NCBI GenBank assembly: GCA_963776275.1
Contig: CAVZMI010000010.1
Location: 1 to 62,482 of the forward strand
From: Ignavibacteriota bacterium
GTDB taxonomy: Bacteria > Bacteroidota > Ignavibacteria > UBA10030 > CAVZMI01
DNA: 62,482 nucleotides
Reading direction: 5' to 3'
Within the stretch, counting starts at the first letter, position 1. The number at the start of each line of letters is the position of its first letter. A program made the position numbers and the translations under genes. The notes below the pieces were generated by a model. That model was not told the DNA's origin, searched no databases, and saw nothing but the letters and a program-made list of their open reading frames with translations. Positions 40,474 through 49,865 of the stretch are shown piece after piece.

Positions 40474-40552
40474 CGCGGGGTGGAGCCCCGACAAACAACG
40501 TCGGGATTTCGCCCTACCCAGACGGAGTCTGGGCAGGACTCAACAATTGGTA
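40474..40552 (+). pseudogene. 5' fragment of tRNA-fMet interrupted by a 58-nt double-hairpin insert
   Basis: CGCGGGGTGGAG + insert + CAATTGGTA, both flanks identical to nt 1-21 of the tRNA at 40586. Confidence 0.75.
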
Positions 40553-40585
40553 TTTAAGCTTATCAGCAAATAGAATTCTGTACAT

Positions 40586-40658
<73 letters not shown>

Positions 40659-40664
40659 CAAAAG

Positions 40665-40692
40665 AAGCCTCCCAGGTAAGGGGGGTTTTTTT
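40665..40692 (+). terminator. Terminator-like hairpin abutting the GIY-YIG start codon (repeated in each unit)
   Basis: AAGCCTCCC-AGGTAA-GGGGGGTTT stem, T7, then ATG. Confidence 0.6.
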
Positions 40693-40956
40693 ATGCCATT
40701 TTATACATATGTTCTAATCAGTGATGAAGGATATCACTACACTGGTCACACAGCTGATCTTGATCTCAGAGTCGAACGCCATTTCATGAAAACGACGCAC
40801 TATACTAAGAAGGGGAAAAACTGGCGTATTATTTATTCGAAAGAATTTTCAACAAGGGCAGAGGCCATGAAACATGAGAAGTGGCTCAAGAGTGGTGTCG
40901 GTAGAGAATGGGCGAAAGCAAACATCGCGGGGTGGAGTCCGCCGAAGGCGGAGTAG
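40693..40956 (+). CDS. Stand-alone GIY-YIG nuclease, copy 1
   Basis: YTYVL...YTG with Y6, Y16, G18, R26, H30 and E62 in the expected catalytic positions. Confidence 0.9.
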   Translation: MPFYTYVLISDEGYHYTGHTADLDLRVERHFMKTTHYTKKGKNWRIIYSKEFSTRAEAMKHEKWLKSGVGREWAKANIAGWSPPKAE

Positions 40957-41007
40957 CTCGTTGGGCTCATAACCCAAAGGTTGCAGGTTCAAGTCCTGCC
41001 CCCGCTA
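40926..41007 (+). pseudogene. tRNA-fMet copy 2 with a 15-nt hairpin in the D-loop
   Basis: CAATTG replaced by TCCGCCGAAGGCGGA (40938-40952); remainder identical to copy 1. Confidence 0.8.
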
Positions 41008-41041
41008 CAAAAGAAGCCTCCCAGGTAAGGGGGGTTTTTTT

Positions 41042-41305
41042 ATGCCATTTTATACATATGTTCTAATCAGTGATGAAGGATATCACTACACTGGTCACAC
41101 AGCTGATCTTGATCTCAGAGTCGAACGCCATTTCATGAAAACGACGCACTATACTAAGAAGGGGAAAAACTGGCGTATTATTTATTCGAAAGAATTTTCA
41201 ACAAGGGCAGAGGCCATGAAACATGAGAAGTGGCTCAAGAGTGGTGTCGGTAGAGAATGGGCGAAAGCAAACATCGCGGGGTGGAGTCCGCCGAAGGCGG
41301 AGTAG
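41042..41305 (+). CDS. GIY-YIG nuclease, copy 2
   Basis: Identical protein to copy 1. Confidence 0.9.
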   Translation: MPFYTYVLISDEGYHYTGHTADLDLRVERHFMKTTHYTKKGKNWRIIYSKEFSTRAEAMKHEKWLKSGVGREWAKANIAGWSPPKAE

Positions 41306-41356
41306 CTCGTTGGGCTCATAACCCAAAGGTTGCAGGTTCAAGTCCTGCCCCCGCTA
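41275..41356 (+). pseudogene. tRNA-fMet copy 3 with D-loop hairpin
   Basis: Identical to copy 2. Confidence 0.8.
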
Positions 41357-41390
41357 CAAAAGAAGCCTCCCAGGTAAGGGGGGTTTTTTT

Positions 41391-41654
41391 ATGCCATTTT
41401 ATACATATGTTCTAATCAGTGATGAAGGATATCACTACACTGGTCACACAGCTGATCTTGATCTCAGAGTCGAACGCCATTTCATGAAAACGACGCACTA
41501 TACTAAGAAGGGGAAAAACTGGCGTATTATTTATTCGAAAGAATTTTCAACAAGGGCAGAGGCCATGAAACATGAGAAGTGGCTCAAGAGTGGTGTCGGT
41601 AGAGAATGGGCGAAAGCAAACATCGCGGGGTGGTGTCCGCCGAAGGCGGAGTAG
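41391..41654 (+). CDS. GIY-YIG nuclease, copy 3 (S82C variant)
   Basis: Ends AGWCPPKAE. Confidence 0.9.
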   Translation: MPFYTYVLISDEGYHYTGHTADLDLRVERHFMKTTHYTKKGKNWRIIYSKEFSTRAEAMKHEKWLKSGVGREWAKANIAGWCPPKAE

Positions 41655-41705
41655 CTCGTTGGGCTCATAACCCAAAGGTTGCAGGTTCAAGTCCTGCCCC
41701 CGCTA
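41624..41705 (+). pseudogene. tRNA-fMet copy 4 with D-loop hairpin and A11T
   Basis: GGTG instead of GGAG at 41634 breaks a D-stem pair. Confidence 0.8.
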
Positions 41706-41739
41706 CAAAAGAAGCCTCCCAGGTAAGGGGGGTTTTTTT

Positions 41740-42003
41740 ATGCCATTTTATACATATGTTCTAATCAGTGATGAAGGATATCACTACACTGGTCACACAG
41801 CTGATCTTGATCTCAGAGTCGAACGCCATTTCATGAAAACGACGCACTATACTAAGAAGGGGAAAAACTGGCGTATTATTTATTCGAAAGAATTTTCAAC
41901 AAGGGCAGAGGCCATGAAACATGAGAAGTGGCTCAAGAGTGGTGTCGGTAGAGAATGGGCGAAAGCAAACATCGCGGGGTGGTGTCCGCCGAAGGCGGAG
42001 TAG
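41740..42003 (+). CDS. GIY-YIG nuclease, copy 4 (S82C variant)
   Basis: Identical to copy 3. Confidence 0.9.
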   Translation: MPFYTYVLISDEGYHYTGHTADLDLRVERHFMKTTHYTKKGKNWRIIYSKEFSTRAEAMKHEKWLKSGVGREWAKANIAGWCPPKAE

Positions 42004-42064
42004 CTCGTTGGGCTCATAACCCAAAGGTTGTATCCGCCGTAGGCGGAAAGTCCTGCCCCCGCTA
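41973..42064 (+). pseudogene. tRNA-fMet copy 5 with hairpins in both the D-loop and the T-arm
   Basis: TCCGCCGAAGGCGGA at 41985-41999 and TCCGCCGTAGGCGGA at 42033-42047 replacing GGTTC. Confidence 0.85.
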
Positions 42065-42070
42065 CAAACA

Positions 42071-42100
42071 GCCTCCTTGTATAGGAGGCCTTTTTATTTT
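42071..42100 (+). terminator. Intrinsic terminator closing the array
   Basis: GCCTCCT/AGGAGGC stem followed by CTTTTTATTTT. Confidence 0.8.
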
Positions 42101-42258
42101 GCTTCCTCGCATCCGAGCGTCCCCCTCTTTGAGGGGGATTTAGGGGGAGTCACAACACAAAATCCTGAATTCTAACATCGCCCGCCTGCTTCAAATGGTA
42201 TTCCGTAGCGGTTAGGAAATCCTAAATGAATTCAGAACATAAAATTCTAATCCATTAT

Positions 42259-42298
42259 AAAAAAAGGCCGAACCTGAAAAGTATTCGGCCTGTTTTTT
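42259..42298. terminator. Bidirectional terminator
   Basis: A run, AGGCCGAA/TTCGGCCT stem, T run; lies between convergent units. Confidence 0.7.
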
Positions 42299-42346
42299 CT
42301 CCCGGAGATTAATCAGAATACTAAAGCGAATGGATTACTATCTTAA

Positions 42347-43462
42347 TCATTCAAATAACCTCTCAAATATTTTCCATGGACTTTCTTTGAAATCATCCTT
42401 CCAGGGTTGATGATTTCGCCACTCCCGATACCTGGAGCGTGTCATGATACCGATCGGCCCCTCGTAGATACCCCCCCAATAGCCTCTGTCGAAGACACGA
42501 ACGGCAATGATATTATCCGTGCCTGTCTTCAACAGTCCGGCCGGTATTGTATAAGCGCGCAGTTCGCGGTATTCGTTGTCGTAATGACTTTTCCACGGAT
42601 TGGACTTGATCCATCCTGTGTGACCGATTTCTTCTCCATTGACATAGGTCTCATCAAGATCATCTATCCGCCCGAGAAGAAGCACCAGCGTTTCCTGAGC
42701 AAGGTCTGCAGGAATCCTAAAATGAAGCCTGTACCATCCCATACCGTCGTACTTTGGATATCCCTGCGCTTCCCAGAATGCGGGAACAAAAATCTGATCC
42801 CATGAGCTATCGTCGAAGTAGGGATCGGCCCATTTTTCCGAATCACCCTTACTAAACCGCCATTTTCCGGCGAGCATTATTTCCGGAGCGACATAATCCT
42901 TAGGTTCATACAACCCGATCTTCCCCTGCACGATACCGCCTGCCAGTTGATCGTCATAGACACGAACGGCAATGACATTATCTCCAGAAAAGTTAATAGT
43001 ATTTTGAGGCACGGGGAGAATTATGTCAACGTTGTATGCAGTCTTGAAATCCGGAGGTAGACTGCCGGAGATTCCGATGAGTACTCCGTTTAAAAAAATT
43101 TCTGCCGCATCGTCCACGCAGCCAAGACGCAGGAAGAGTGCTTTTTTTTCAGTTCCTGCCGGCAGCTTGAAATGTTTGCGATACCACGCGTATCCATCGT
43201 ATCCGGGATATCCCTCGTCTTCCCACGGAGACGGCACGAAAATCTCTTCCCATTTCGAATCATTAAAATCGATATTTGCACGCTTGCTGTCGTCACCGAG
43301 TTCGAATTTCCACTGTCCGCGGAGATCGAGTACTGTCCTCCATTCTTCAGATGACCCCGATCCCGCGGTTGCGAACGAAGCATAGACCAAAGACAGGAAA
43401 ACGGTGATTCCGAGTACGGAGAAAATCAGTGGATTGAACATCGCCTTTTGTTCCTTTTTCAT
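42347..43462 (-). CDS. Exported protein with two galactose-binding-like (jelly-roll) domains
   Basis: Duplicated LxGxWxF..GD..W..VP..WE..GYPxYDGxxWYRxHF..NxIAVRVxD unit; signal peptide. Confidence 0.8.
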   Translation of the reverse strand: MKKEQKAMFNPLIFSVLGITVFLSLVYASFATAGSGSSEEWRTVLDLRGQWKFELGDDSKRANIDFNDSKWEEIFVPSPWEDEGYPGYDGYAWYRKHFKLPAGTEKKALFLRLGCVDDAAEIFLNGVLIGISGSLPPDFKTAYNVDIILPVPQNTINFSGDNVIAVRVYDDQLAGGIVQGKIGLYEPKDYVAPEIMLAGKWRFSKGDSEKWADPYFDDSSWDQIFVPAFWEAQGYPKYDGMGWYRLHFRIPADLAQETLVLLLGRIDDLDETYVNGEEIGHTGWIKSNPWKSHYDNEYRELRAYTIPAGLLKTGTDNIIAVRVFDRGYWGGIYEGPIGIMTRSRYREWRNHQPWKDDFKESPWKIFERLFE

Positions 43463-43477
43463 AATGTCTCCGCTGGC

Positions 43478-43903
43478 TCAATTGGAGCTTAATAATGTTT
43501 TAGTTATTCTCTCGGCAAGGGCACTGAATAATGCATCCGTGTTCTCATAGTGCCGCACGGCTTCTTCCCGGAACATGTCTGGATCGGTGAAGACCATTTC
43601 CGCCAGATATGCCTTAAAACGGATGACCGGCGTTTCACCCTTGATAACAAGATCGCCGATTTTATCCTCGATTAACGAAAATTTATTGGCAGGAACATCG
43701 AGCTTAATCATCGTTACCAAGGCGAGAGCCGCTTCAACAATGTTGTTATTCGGATAGCTCAATGAACTTGCATACGCTTTATCCAGCCGTTTCATATCAG
43801 CGGCAGAATAATTTTTCAGTACAGGGTAAAAAAATTGTGCCTGTAAAATACCGGTTGTCGCCAGTCCTAACAAAGCAACAAGTACTAAGTGTTTCGTTTT
43901 CAT
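43478..43903 (-). CDS. Hypothetical exported protein
   Basis: GGGGGA RBS; signal peptide ending LQA-Q. Confidence 0.7.
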   Translation of the reverse strand: MKTKHLVLVALLGLATTGILQAQFFYPVLKNYSAADMKRLDKAYASSLSYPNNNIVEAALALVTMIKLDVPANKFSLIEDKIGDLVIKGETPVIRFKAYLAEMVFTDPDMFREEAVRHYENTDALFSALAERITKTLLSSN

Positions 43904-44017
43904 GATGTCCCCCTGTTTGGTTGTTGTGTACTTTTTTGTTATCTCTACCTGTACTACGCCCGCGGAGGAAAAAAGATGTCATGAAAAAGTAAGGAATTGT
44001 AAAATTTTGTCACAGAA

Positions 44018-44698
44018 TCAGGCGATCAGTTTATATCCCGTTCCATATATAGTAATGATGACTTTAGGATTAGTCGGATCGTCCTCGATTTTTTGACGTA
44101 TTTTCAGTATGAAATTATCGATAGTCCGTGTTGTGATCGATTCATCATACCCCCAGACATTTGTCAGAAGCGCGTCTCTGGTAACGGCCTCGTTCCGGTG
44201 CTGCCAGAGGAACTTCAGGATTTCGAACTCTTTCGGCGTCATTGAGAATTCTTTTCCGGCCTTCGAACAGGTATATGCCGTGAAATTGACAGAGACATCT
44301 CCGTGTGTCATCATTAAATCGCCAGTGCCCCCCGGTTCAACACGGCGCAGGAGGGCGTTTATCCTTGCGATGAGTTCGCGGACGCTGAACGGTTTGGTAA
44401 CGTAATCGTCGGCCCCCAGTTCGAGACCGAGTACTTTATCGGCCTCCTCACATTTCGCCGTCAATACAAGGATGGGTGTCCGGATGCCCTTCTCGCGTGC
44501 TTTATACAGTGCGTCGAAACCCAACATCTGGGGTAGCATGATATCGAGGATGACAAGGTCGTATTTTTCGCGGAGCAGTGCCGCATATCCGCTTATGCCG
44601 TCCCCACAGACACTAACCTGATGTCCCTCGAATTCAAGGTTGTCGCGCAGACCGCGTTGCATCTGGGGTTCATCTTCAATAACAAGTATACGCGCCAT
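44018..44698 (-). CDS. OmpR-family response regulator
   Basis: ILVIEDE, LDIMLP, GADDYVTKPF and a winged helix ending GTGYKL. Confidence 0.93.
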   Translation of the reverse strand: MARILVIEDEPQMQRGLRDNLEFEGHQVSVCGDGISGYAALLREKYDLVILDIMLPQMLGFDALYKAREKGIRTPILVLTAKCEEADKVLGLELGADDYVTKPFSVRELIARINALLRRVEPGGTGDLMMTHGDVSVNFTAYTCSKAGKEFSMTPKEFEILKFLWQHRNEAVTRDALLTNVWGYDESITTRTIDNFILKIRQKIEDDPTNPKVIITIYGTGYKLIA

Positions 44699-44703
44699 GA
44701 TGT

Positions 44704-46320
44704 TTATCCTTTGAGCTGTGATTCAAGCCGGTGCACAATTGGAAACAGAAGCCTGAAGGTGCTTCCTTTACCCGGTGTACTATCCATTTCTATCGTTCCC
44801 CCGTGAGCATCCATTATGTGGCGGACAAGGGAAAGGCCGAGTCCGCTCCCCTTGATATTGGGGGTCAGTCCGGTCGAGACCCGATAGAACGTTTCAAAGA
44901 TTTTCTGATGGTGATGCTTATCGATTCCTATACCATGATCCTCCACCTCAACGTAAATCATACTTTCTTTTTGACCCGTAGAGATGCGCACGTACTTTTC
45001 GCCGGAAGAATATTTCACAGCGTTGTCCAGAATATTGATGAACGCCTCGGCCGCGGCTTCACGATCAACCTCGATGAGGGGCGAAGTATCGGCAAGCTGC
45101 ATGTCCAACTTAAATCCTTCGTGATCCAGATGGGATGCGTACGACTTCATGACGCCGTTGACGACTTCATTAAGCGAGAGAGGCTCAAAGTGATATTCTT
45201 TCTTCCCCGCTTCCATTCTGGAAAAGTTAAGAATATTGTTAATGAGATGGGTCAGCCGTTCGCTTTCACTCAGAATAGTGTCGTAGTATTCGTGTTTTTT
45301 CTTTTCCGTCCGTACGCGTTTCAGTGAGAGTGTTTCCGCAAACATACGGATAAGCGACAGCGGTGTCCGCAATTCGTGCGAGACATTCGACACAAAATCA
45401 CCTTTTAGTCTGATGAGCTCCATTTCTTTTTTCAATGCGCGATACATGAGCCAGGCAGCCACAATAAGAAGAATATCGAGGAGTCCGATGAGTATAAGAT
45501 TTCGTTCGGACCTTGCCCGTACGATATCTTCTACGCTGGTTCCCTGCAGTTTGATGCCGATGCTGTAGCCCGGGAAAAGCCAGAGGTCTTTCGTTTCGCG
45601 AAGCTCTGAAAGTTCGACGGGGGATGTCGAATAGACGATCTGTCCGTTCCGCCGGTCGTAGACCGCAATCAGAAATTCCTCCTCAGCCGTTTGAGCAAGT
45701 TTTGTTTGAAGGATCTCCGTCAGAAAAGTATGTGGATTGGTCACAAACCCGGCTATTCTCCGCTCGGGAAATTGAGAGGTTGTTACGAACATCAGCATCA
45801 GACCTCCCCCTGAGGCAGTATCCCCGATGATGACAGGCTCGATTTTGTGATAACCGGATGATGCATACCGCATTAGTTTTTCGATGGTCGCCGATTGATT
45901 CTGCAAAGAGGAAATGGGAATCTGTTCATGATCCCTGGTATTTTCCTTAGCATCGAATTCCACGAGAGAGATAGAGTGCCCTGTGGAATCCGAATAGAAA
46001 ACGCCTTCGACTGCTTCCCGTCTGTTCAGAAAAATCCGTGTCGCCGAATCCACCCCCGATGGTTTTGAGGTGACGAGAAGCGTATTGATCTCACCAGTCC
46101 AGTTCTGGGCTACATCCAGTGTGTACTGATTGATTGAAAATAGAATAACATCGAGCTGTTTTGAATATATGGATTGTATCAGTTGTTCAGTCGAGCTCAG
46201 GGAGCTTAATTCAAAACCTGTGTAAAAAAGAGCTGGCAGGAGGGCGACGAGCATGAATATGATGCCGATCCGTCGTCCTTTTCCTATCCTATGTGTTTTT
46301 GTCTGTCTGAATATTTTCAT
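44704..46320 (-). CDS. Membrane sensor histidine kinase
   Basis: Two TM segments; SHELRTPL, NILDNAVKYS, DHGIGI and GSGLGL motifs. Confidence 0.93.
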   Translation of the reverse strand: MKIFRQTKTHRIGKGRRIGIIFMLVALLPALFYTGFELSSLSSTEQLIQSIYSKQLDVILFSINQYTLDVAQNWTGEINTLLVTSKPSGVDSATRIFLNRREAVEGVFYSDSTGHSISLVEFDAKENTRDHEQIPISSLQNQSATIEKLMRYASSGYHKIEPVIIGDTASGGGLMLMFVTTSQFPERRIAGFVTNPHTFLTEILQTKLAQTAEEEFLIAVYDRRNGQIVYSTSPVELSELRETKDLWLFPGYSIGIKLQGTSVEDIVRARSERNLILIGLLDILLIVAAWLMYRALKKEMELIRLKGDFVSNVSHELRTPLSLIRMFAETLSLKRVRTEKKKHEYYDTILSESERLTHLINNILNFSRMEAGKKEYHFEPLSLNEVVNGVMKSYASHLDHEGFKLDMQLADTSPLIEVDREAAAEAFINILDNAVKYSSGEKYVRISTGQKESMIYVEVEDHGIGIDKHHHQKIFETFYRVSTGLTPNIKGSGLGLSLVRHIMDAHGGTIEMDSTPGKGSTFRLLFPIVHRLESQLKG

Positions 46321-46795
46321 AATAAAATATGCAATTCAACTTGGAATACATAGGGCGGCAAAACAAGTTACAGTAAGATACGTTGGTGATTAATCAAAGG
46401 CAAGTGGTGATAAGTAATCGAATATATTACTTTCGATTATCGGATAATAAAGAAGCAAAGCGGGCCTGTCCGCCTCGAAGTACAGGAGTATCTCGCCTGC
46501 TCGCCGAAGTCTCGTGAAATGGGACGAAGGCGGGTCAAGAAAGTGGTTGGAACTTTTCATTTCTATGCTCTATACATCCGTTCTTAATCTTCAGAAATTT
46601 ACTGCATAGTTTACCGTTTGATTAAGGGTCGATTTTGTACCATTCACCTGTGTTTATTTTTATCGATTACATGCTGGCTCTTATACACAGACGAAAAAAC
46701 TTGTCTTACTCAAATAGTATCAGATGATACCTACTGGCGGGCAAGGATAGAAAAGAGGGAAAGGAAACAAGGAATCCTGGAATATTTATGGGCTC

Positions 46796-46951
46796 ACTCC
46801 AAACGCATTTCGAAGATTTTCGGGGGGGGGGGAATTGTGACTTTGAGAAAGTGCGGGCCCCCGCTATCCCGCTGAAGAGTAGCGGGACGCACCAAACGCG
46901 CTAAAAAAATCCTCTGGCGTAAGCCAGGGTATTTTTGTTATGTAGTAATAG
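46796..46951 (+). repeat. 156-bp structured direct repeat, copy A
   Basis: Aligns with 49866-50021; conserved hairpins ending in a terminator-like stem. Confidence 0.8.
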
Positions 46952-47091
46952 TTTAAGACATGTTCAAGTTGATCCCGCCCTGCTTTCAGTCAGGGCGGGA
47001 GAAATCCCACACTCCAACCATATAAAAAGAATGCGGGATCCCGTCTGCCCGCCGGAGTTTGCTTTTTAACGCAGGTGAGCCCTCTGTCTTC

Positions 47092-47270
47092 GTTCCGATT
47101 ACTTGCCCTGAGCATGCCTGCCCCGAGTCTATCGAGGGGTCGAAGGGAATCGGAACTTCCGCCTACGCTCCGCTTCCACCTACGTCCATAAAATGGACTT
47201 CGCGGCAGATAGACCGGCGGATGAATCGGCGGCCTACGGCCTCTACGAGTCGGTAGACCGTAGGGACAAG
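47092..47270. repeat. Nested REP-like palindrome cluster
   Basis: GTTCCGATT[CTTGCCCTGAGC..GTCGAAGGG]AATCGGAAC; GTCCAT-AAA-ATGGAC; CCTACGG/CCGTAGG. Confidence 0.75.
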
Positions 47271-47609
47271 CCGCTATTTACGGGAGTCGCAACTTTTGTG
47301 GCTCCCTTTTGTTTTTTAAGGAGGGATTCGAGCTCTAGGATCATGGCAGGGACACGGCATGCTACAAACCGAACAATGTTATTTTCAGCATCTTGCCAGA
47401 TGCGATCACCGGCACTCGATTCATTTGCCTTTCTTATAGTTTTTATGTAATTAATCGCTGGTTAGCTTGCTAATATTTACTTACTTTATAGAAAGTAATC
47501 TAAAATGGACACTCTGCACGATTGCATATCCAGATTTTGTCGGATCAATACAGCGCTGTAGAACGTGGACTCGTTGATTGCCTTTCATATTTCAGAAAAG
47601 GAGAGATAA

Positions 47610-49684
47610 GTGAAACGCATTTTTAGAATTCTATTGAGTTTTATTTTAACGTTCATTTATACGAATCGTTTACCTGCCCAGTGGACACAAACCAACGGTC
47701 CTTATGGTGGTGACGTTCCAGGCCTTTGCCGTTTCCGGCACGAATCTCTTTGCCGGAATTTACGGCGGCGTATTTCTCTCGACCAACAATGGTACGAGCT
47801 GGACTGCCGTCAATACCGGCTTAACATATACTGACGTTCATGCACTGGCTGTCTCCGGAACAAACCTCTTTGCCGGAGTACTGGGCGGTGTATTTCTTTC
47901 AACCAATAATGGTTCGAGCTGGACTGAAGTCAGTACCAGTTTCGGTTTGGGAAAAACTAACGTCAGGGCTCTCGCTGTCTCCGGTTCCATTATCTTCGCC
48001 GGAACACAGGGCGGAGGTGTATTTCTCTCGACAAACAACGGCACTAGCTGGACCGCCGTTAATAACGGCCTGACCACTACTAACGTCAGGACTCTTGCCG
48101 TCTCCGGTACGAAACTTTTTGCCGGAACATGGGGCGGTGGTGTGTTTCTCTCGATAAATAATGGTACGACATCGGACCCCTGTCAATACCGGCTTGCCAT
48201 TCAATGAGGTTCTTACATTAGCTGTCTCCGGTACAAATATTTTTGCCGGTACTTATGCAGGCGGTGTATTTCTTTCGACCAATAATGGTACAAGTTGGAC
48301 TCCCGTCAATAATGGTTTAACGAGCAGTATTATCCATACTCTCGCTGTCTCCGGTGCGAATATCTTTGCCGGAACGATGGGCGGCGGTGTGTTTCTTTCG
48401 ACCGATAATGGCACAAGCTGGAATGCCGTCAATGCCGGCTTGAGAGACTATGATATTCAAGCTCTCGCTATCTCCGGCACAAACATCTTTGCCGGAGCAT
48501 CCATCGGTGGTGTGTTTCTTTCAACAAATAATGGTACAAGTTGGACGGCCACCAATACCGGATTAACCGGCACCTTCGTTAGAGCTCTCGCTGTCTCCGG
48601 TACAAATCTCTTCGCCGGTACACCTGGCGGTGTGTTTCTCTCGACCAACAACGGTGCAAGCTGGACTGCAGTTAATACCGGCCTGACAAAAACTTCTATC
48701 TATGCTCTTGCTGTCTTGGGCCCGAATATCTTTGCAGGAACCGGGGGCGGTGGTGTGTTTCTTTCGATAGACAATGGTGCGAACTGGACTGACGTCAATA
48801 CAGGATTAACAGATCCATATGTCGGTTCTTTTGCTATCTCCGGCGTAAATCTCTTTGCCGGAACATCTGGCGGTGTATTTCTTTCAACCGACACTGGAAC
48901 TAACTGGACTGCCGTCAATTCCGGCCTGACAAATACTTATATCTACTCTCTTGCTATCTCCGGTTCAAATATCTTTGCCGGTACAATGGATGGAGTTTTT
49001 CATTCGACGAGCAATGGTGCGAGCTGGACTAAAGCCAGTAGCGGCCTGACTGATAACTATGTATATGCTCTCACTTTCTCCGGCATGTATCTCTTTGCCG
49101 GAACAATTAATGGAGTTTTTCGTTCTTCCAACAACGGTACAAGCTGGGCTCCCGTAAAAACCGGACTGACGAATTATTATTTCCAGACTTTCGCAGTCCA
49201 AGGAACGGATCTCTTTGTCGGATCACTCGGAGGTGTTTTCCATTCGGACGATATGGGTGCATTCTGGACCCCCGTGAATACAGGCCTTAATAACACTAAT
49301 ATTTATTCCCTTGCCCTCTCCGGTACAGACCTTTTTGCCGGAACGGTGAATGGCGGTATTTGGAAAAGGACTTTAAGTGAAATGATTACATCAGTACCTC
49401 GAACACCAGATGAAATCCCGGCACAATACGCACTCGCACAAAATTATCCGAATCCCTCTAACCCCAGTACAAAAATTGTTTTCTCAATACCGAAAACTGT
49501 AAATGTCTCTTTGAAAATATATGATGTCCTTGGTCATGAAGTGACGACACTGGTATCAGAGAAAATGAATCCTGGCACGTACACGAAAACATGGGATGCC
49601 TCCAATCTGCCGACTGGAGTGTACTTCTATCGGCTGCAGGCAGGGTCATTCACAGAAACAAAGAAGTTGATTTTAATAAAATAG
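47610..49684 (+). CDS. T9SS-secreted beta-propeller repeat protein; frameshifts near 47715 and 48170
   Basis: Signal peptide then QWTQTNGP; about 13 LAVSGTNLFAGTxGGVFLSTNNGTSW (Asp-box-like) repeats; CTD QNYPNP..GVYFYRL..KKLILIK. Confidence 0.85.
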
Positions 49685-49865
49685 TATCGGTTAAAAAAGA
49701 CAACACTTTATGGATAAAAGCCCGGATAATCTTTGAATTGAACCTGGAGAAACCTTGTAAGTATTAAGTATTATTAGATCAGAATTATCATTTTTGAAGA
49801 AATACGCTTCAACTGTACCCAATCATTTGATGTAGATGGTTTTCCAGCAGTAATGAAGAATAGTT

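Noticed and set aside
40938-40952. tRNA intron in the D-loop
   Set aside because: Native bases are lost, so excision would not restore the tRNA; it is too short for a self-splicing intron and has no bulge-helix-bulge
41955-42143. 62-aa ORF over the last tRNA copy
   Set aside because: Alternative-frame read of tRNA and terminator sequence with no protein features
46960-47020. Possible tRNA 3' remnant ending CTCCAACCA with a hairpin in the T-arm
   Set aside because: Spacing is one base short and no matching 5' half can be found
47700-49370. Roughly 130-bp DNA repeats as a mobile or diversity-generating array
   Set aside because: They are in-frame coding repeats of a beta-propeller with synonymous divergence; no reverse transcriptase is nearby
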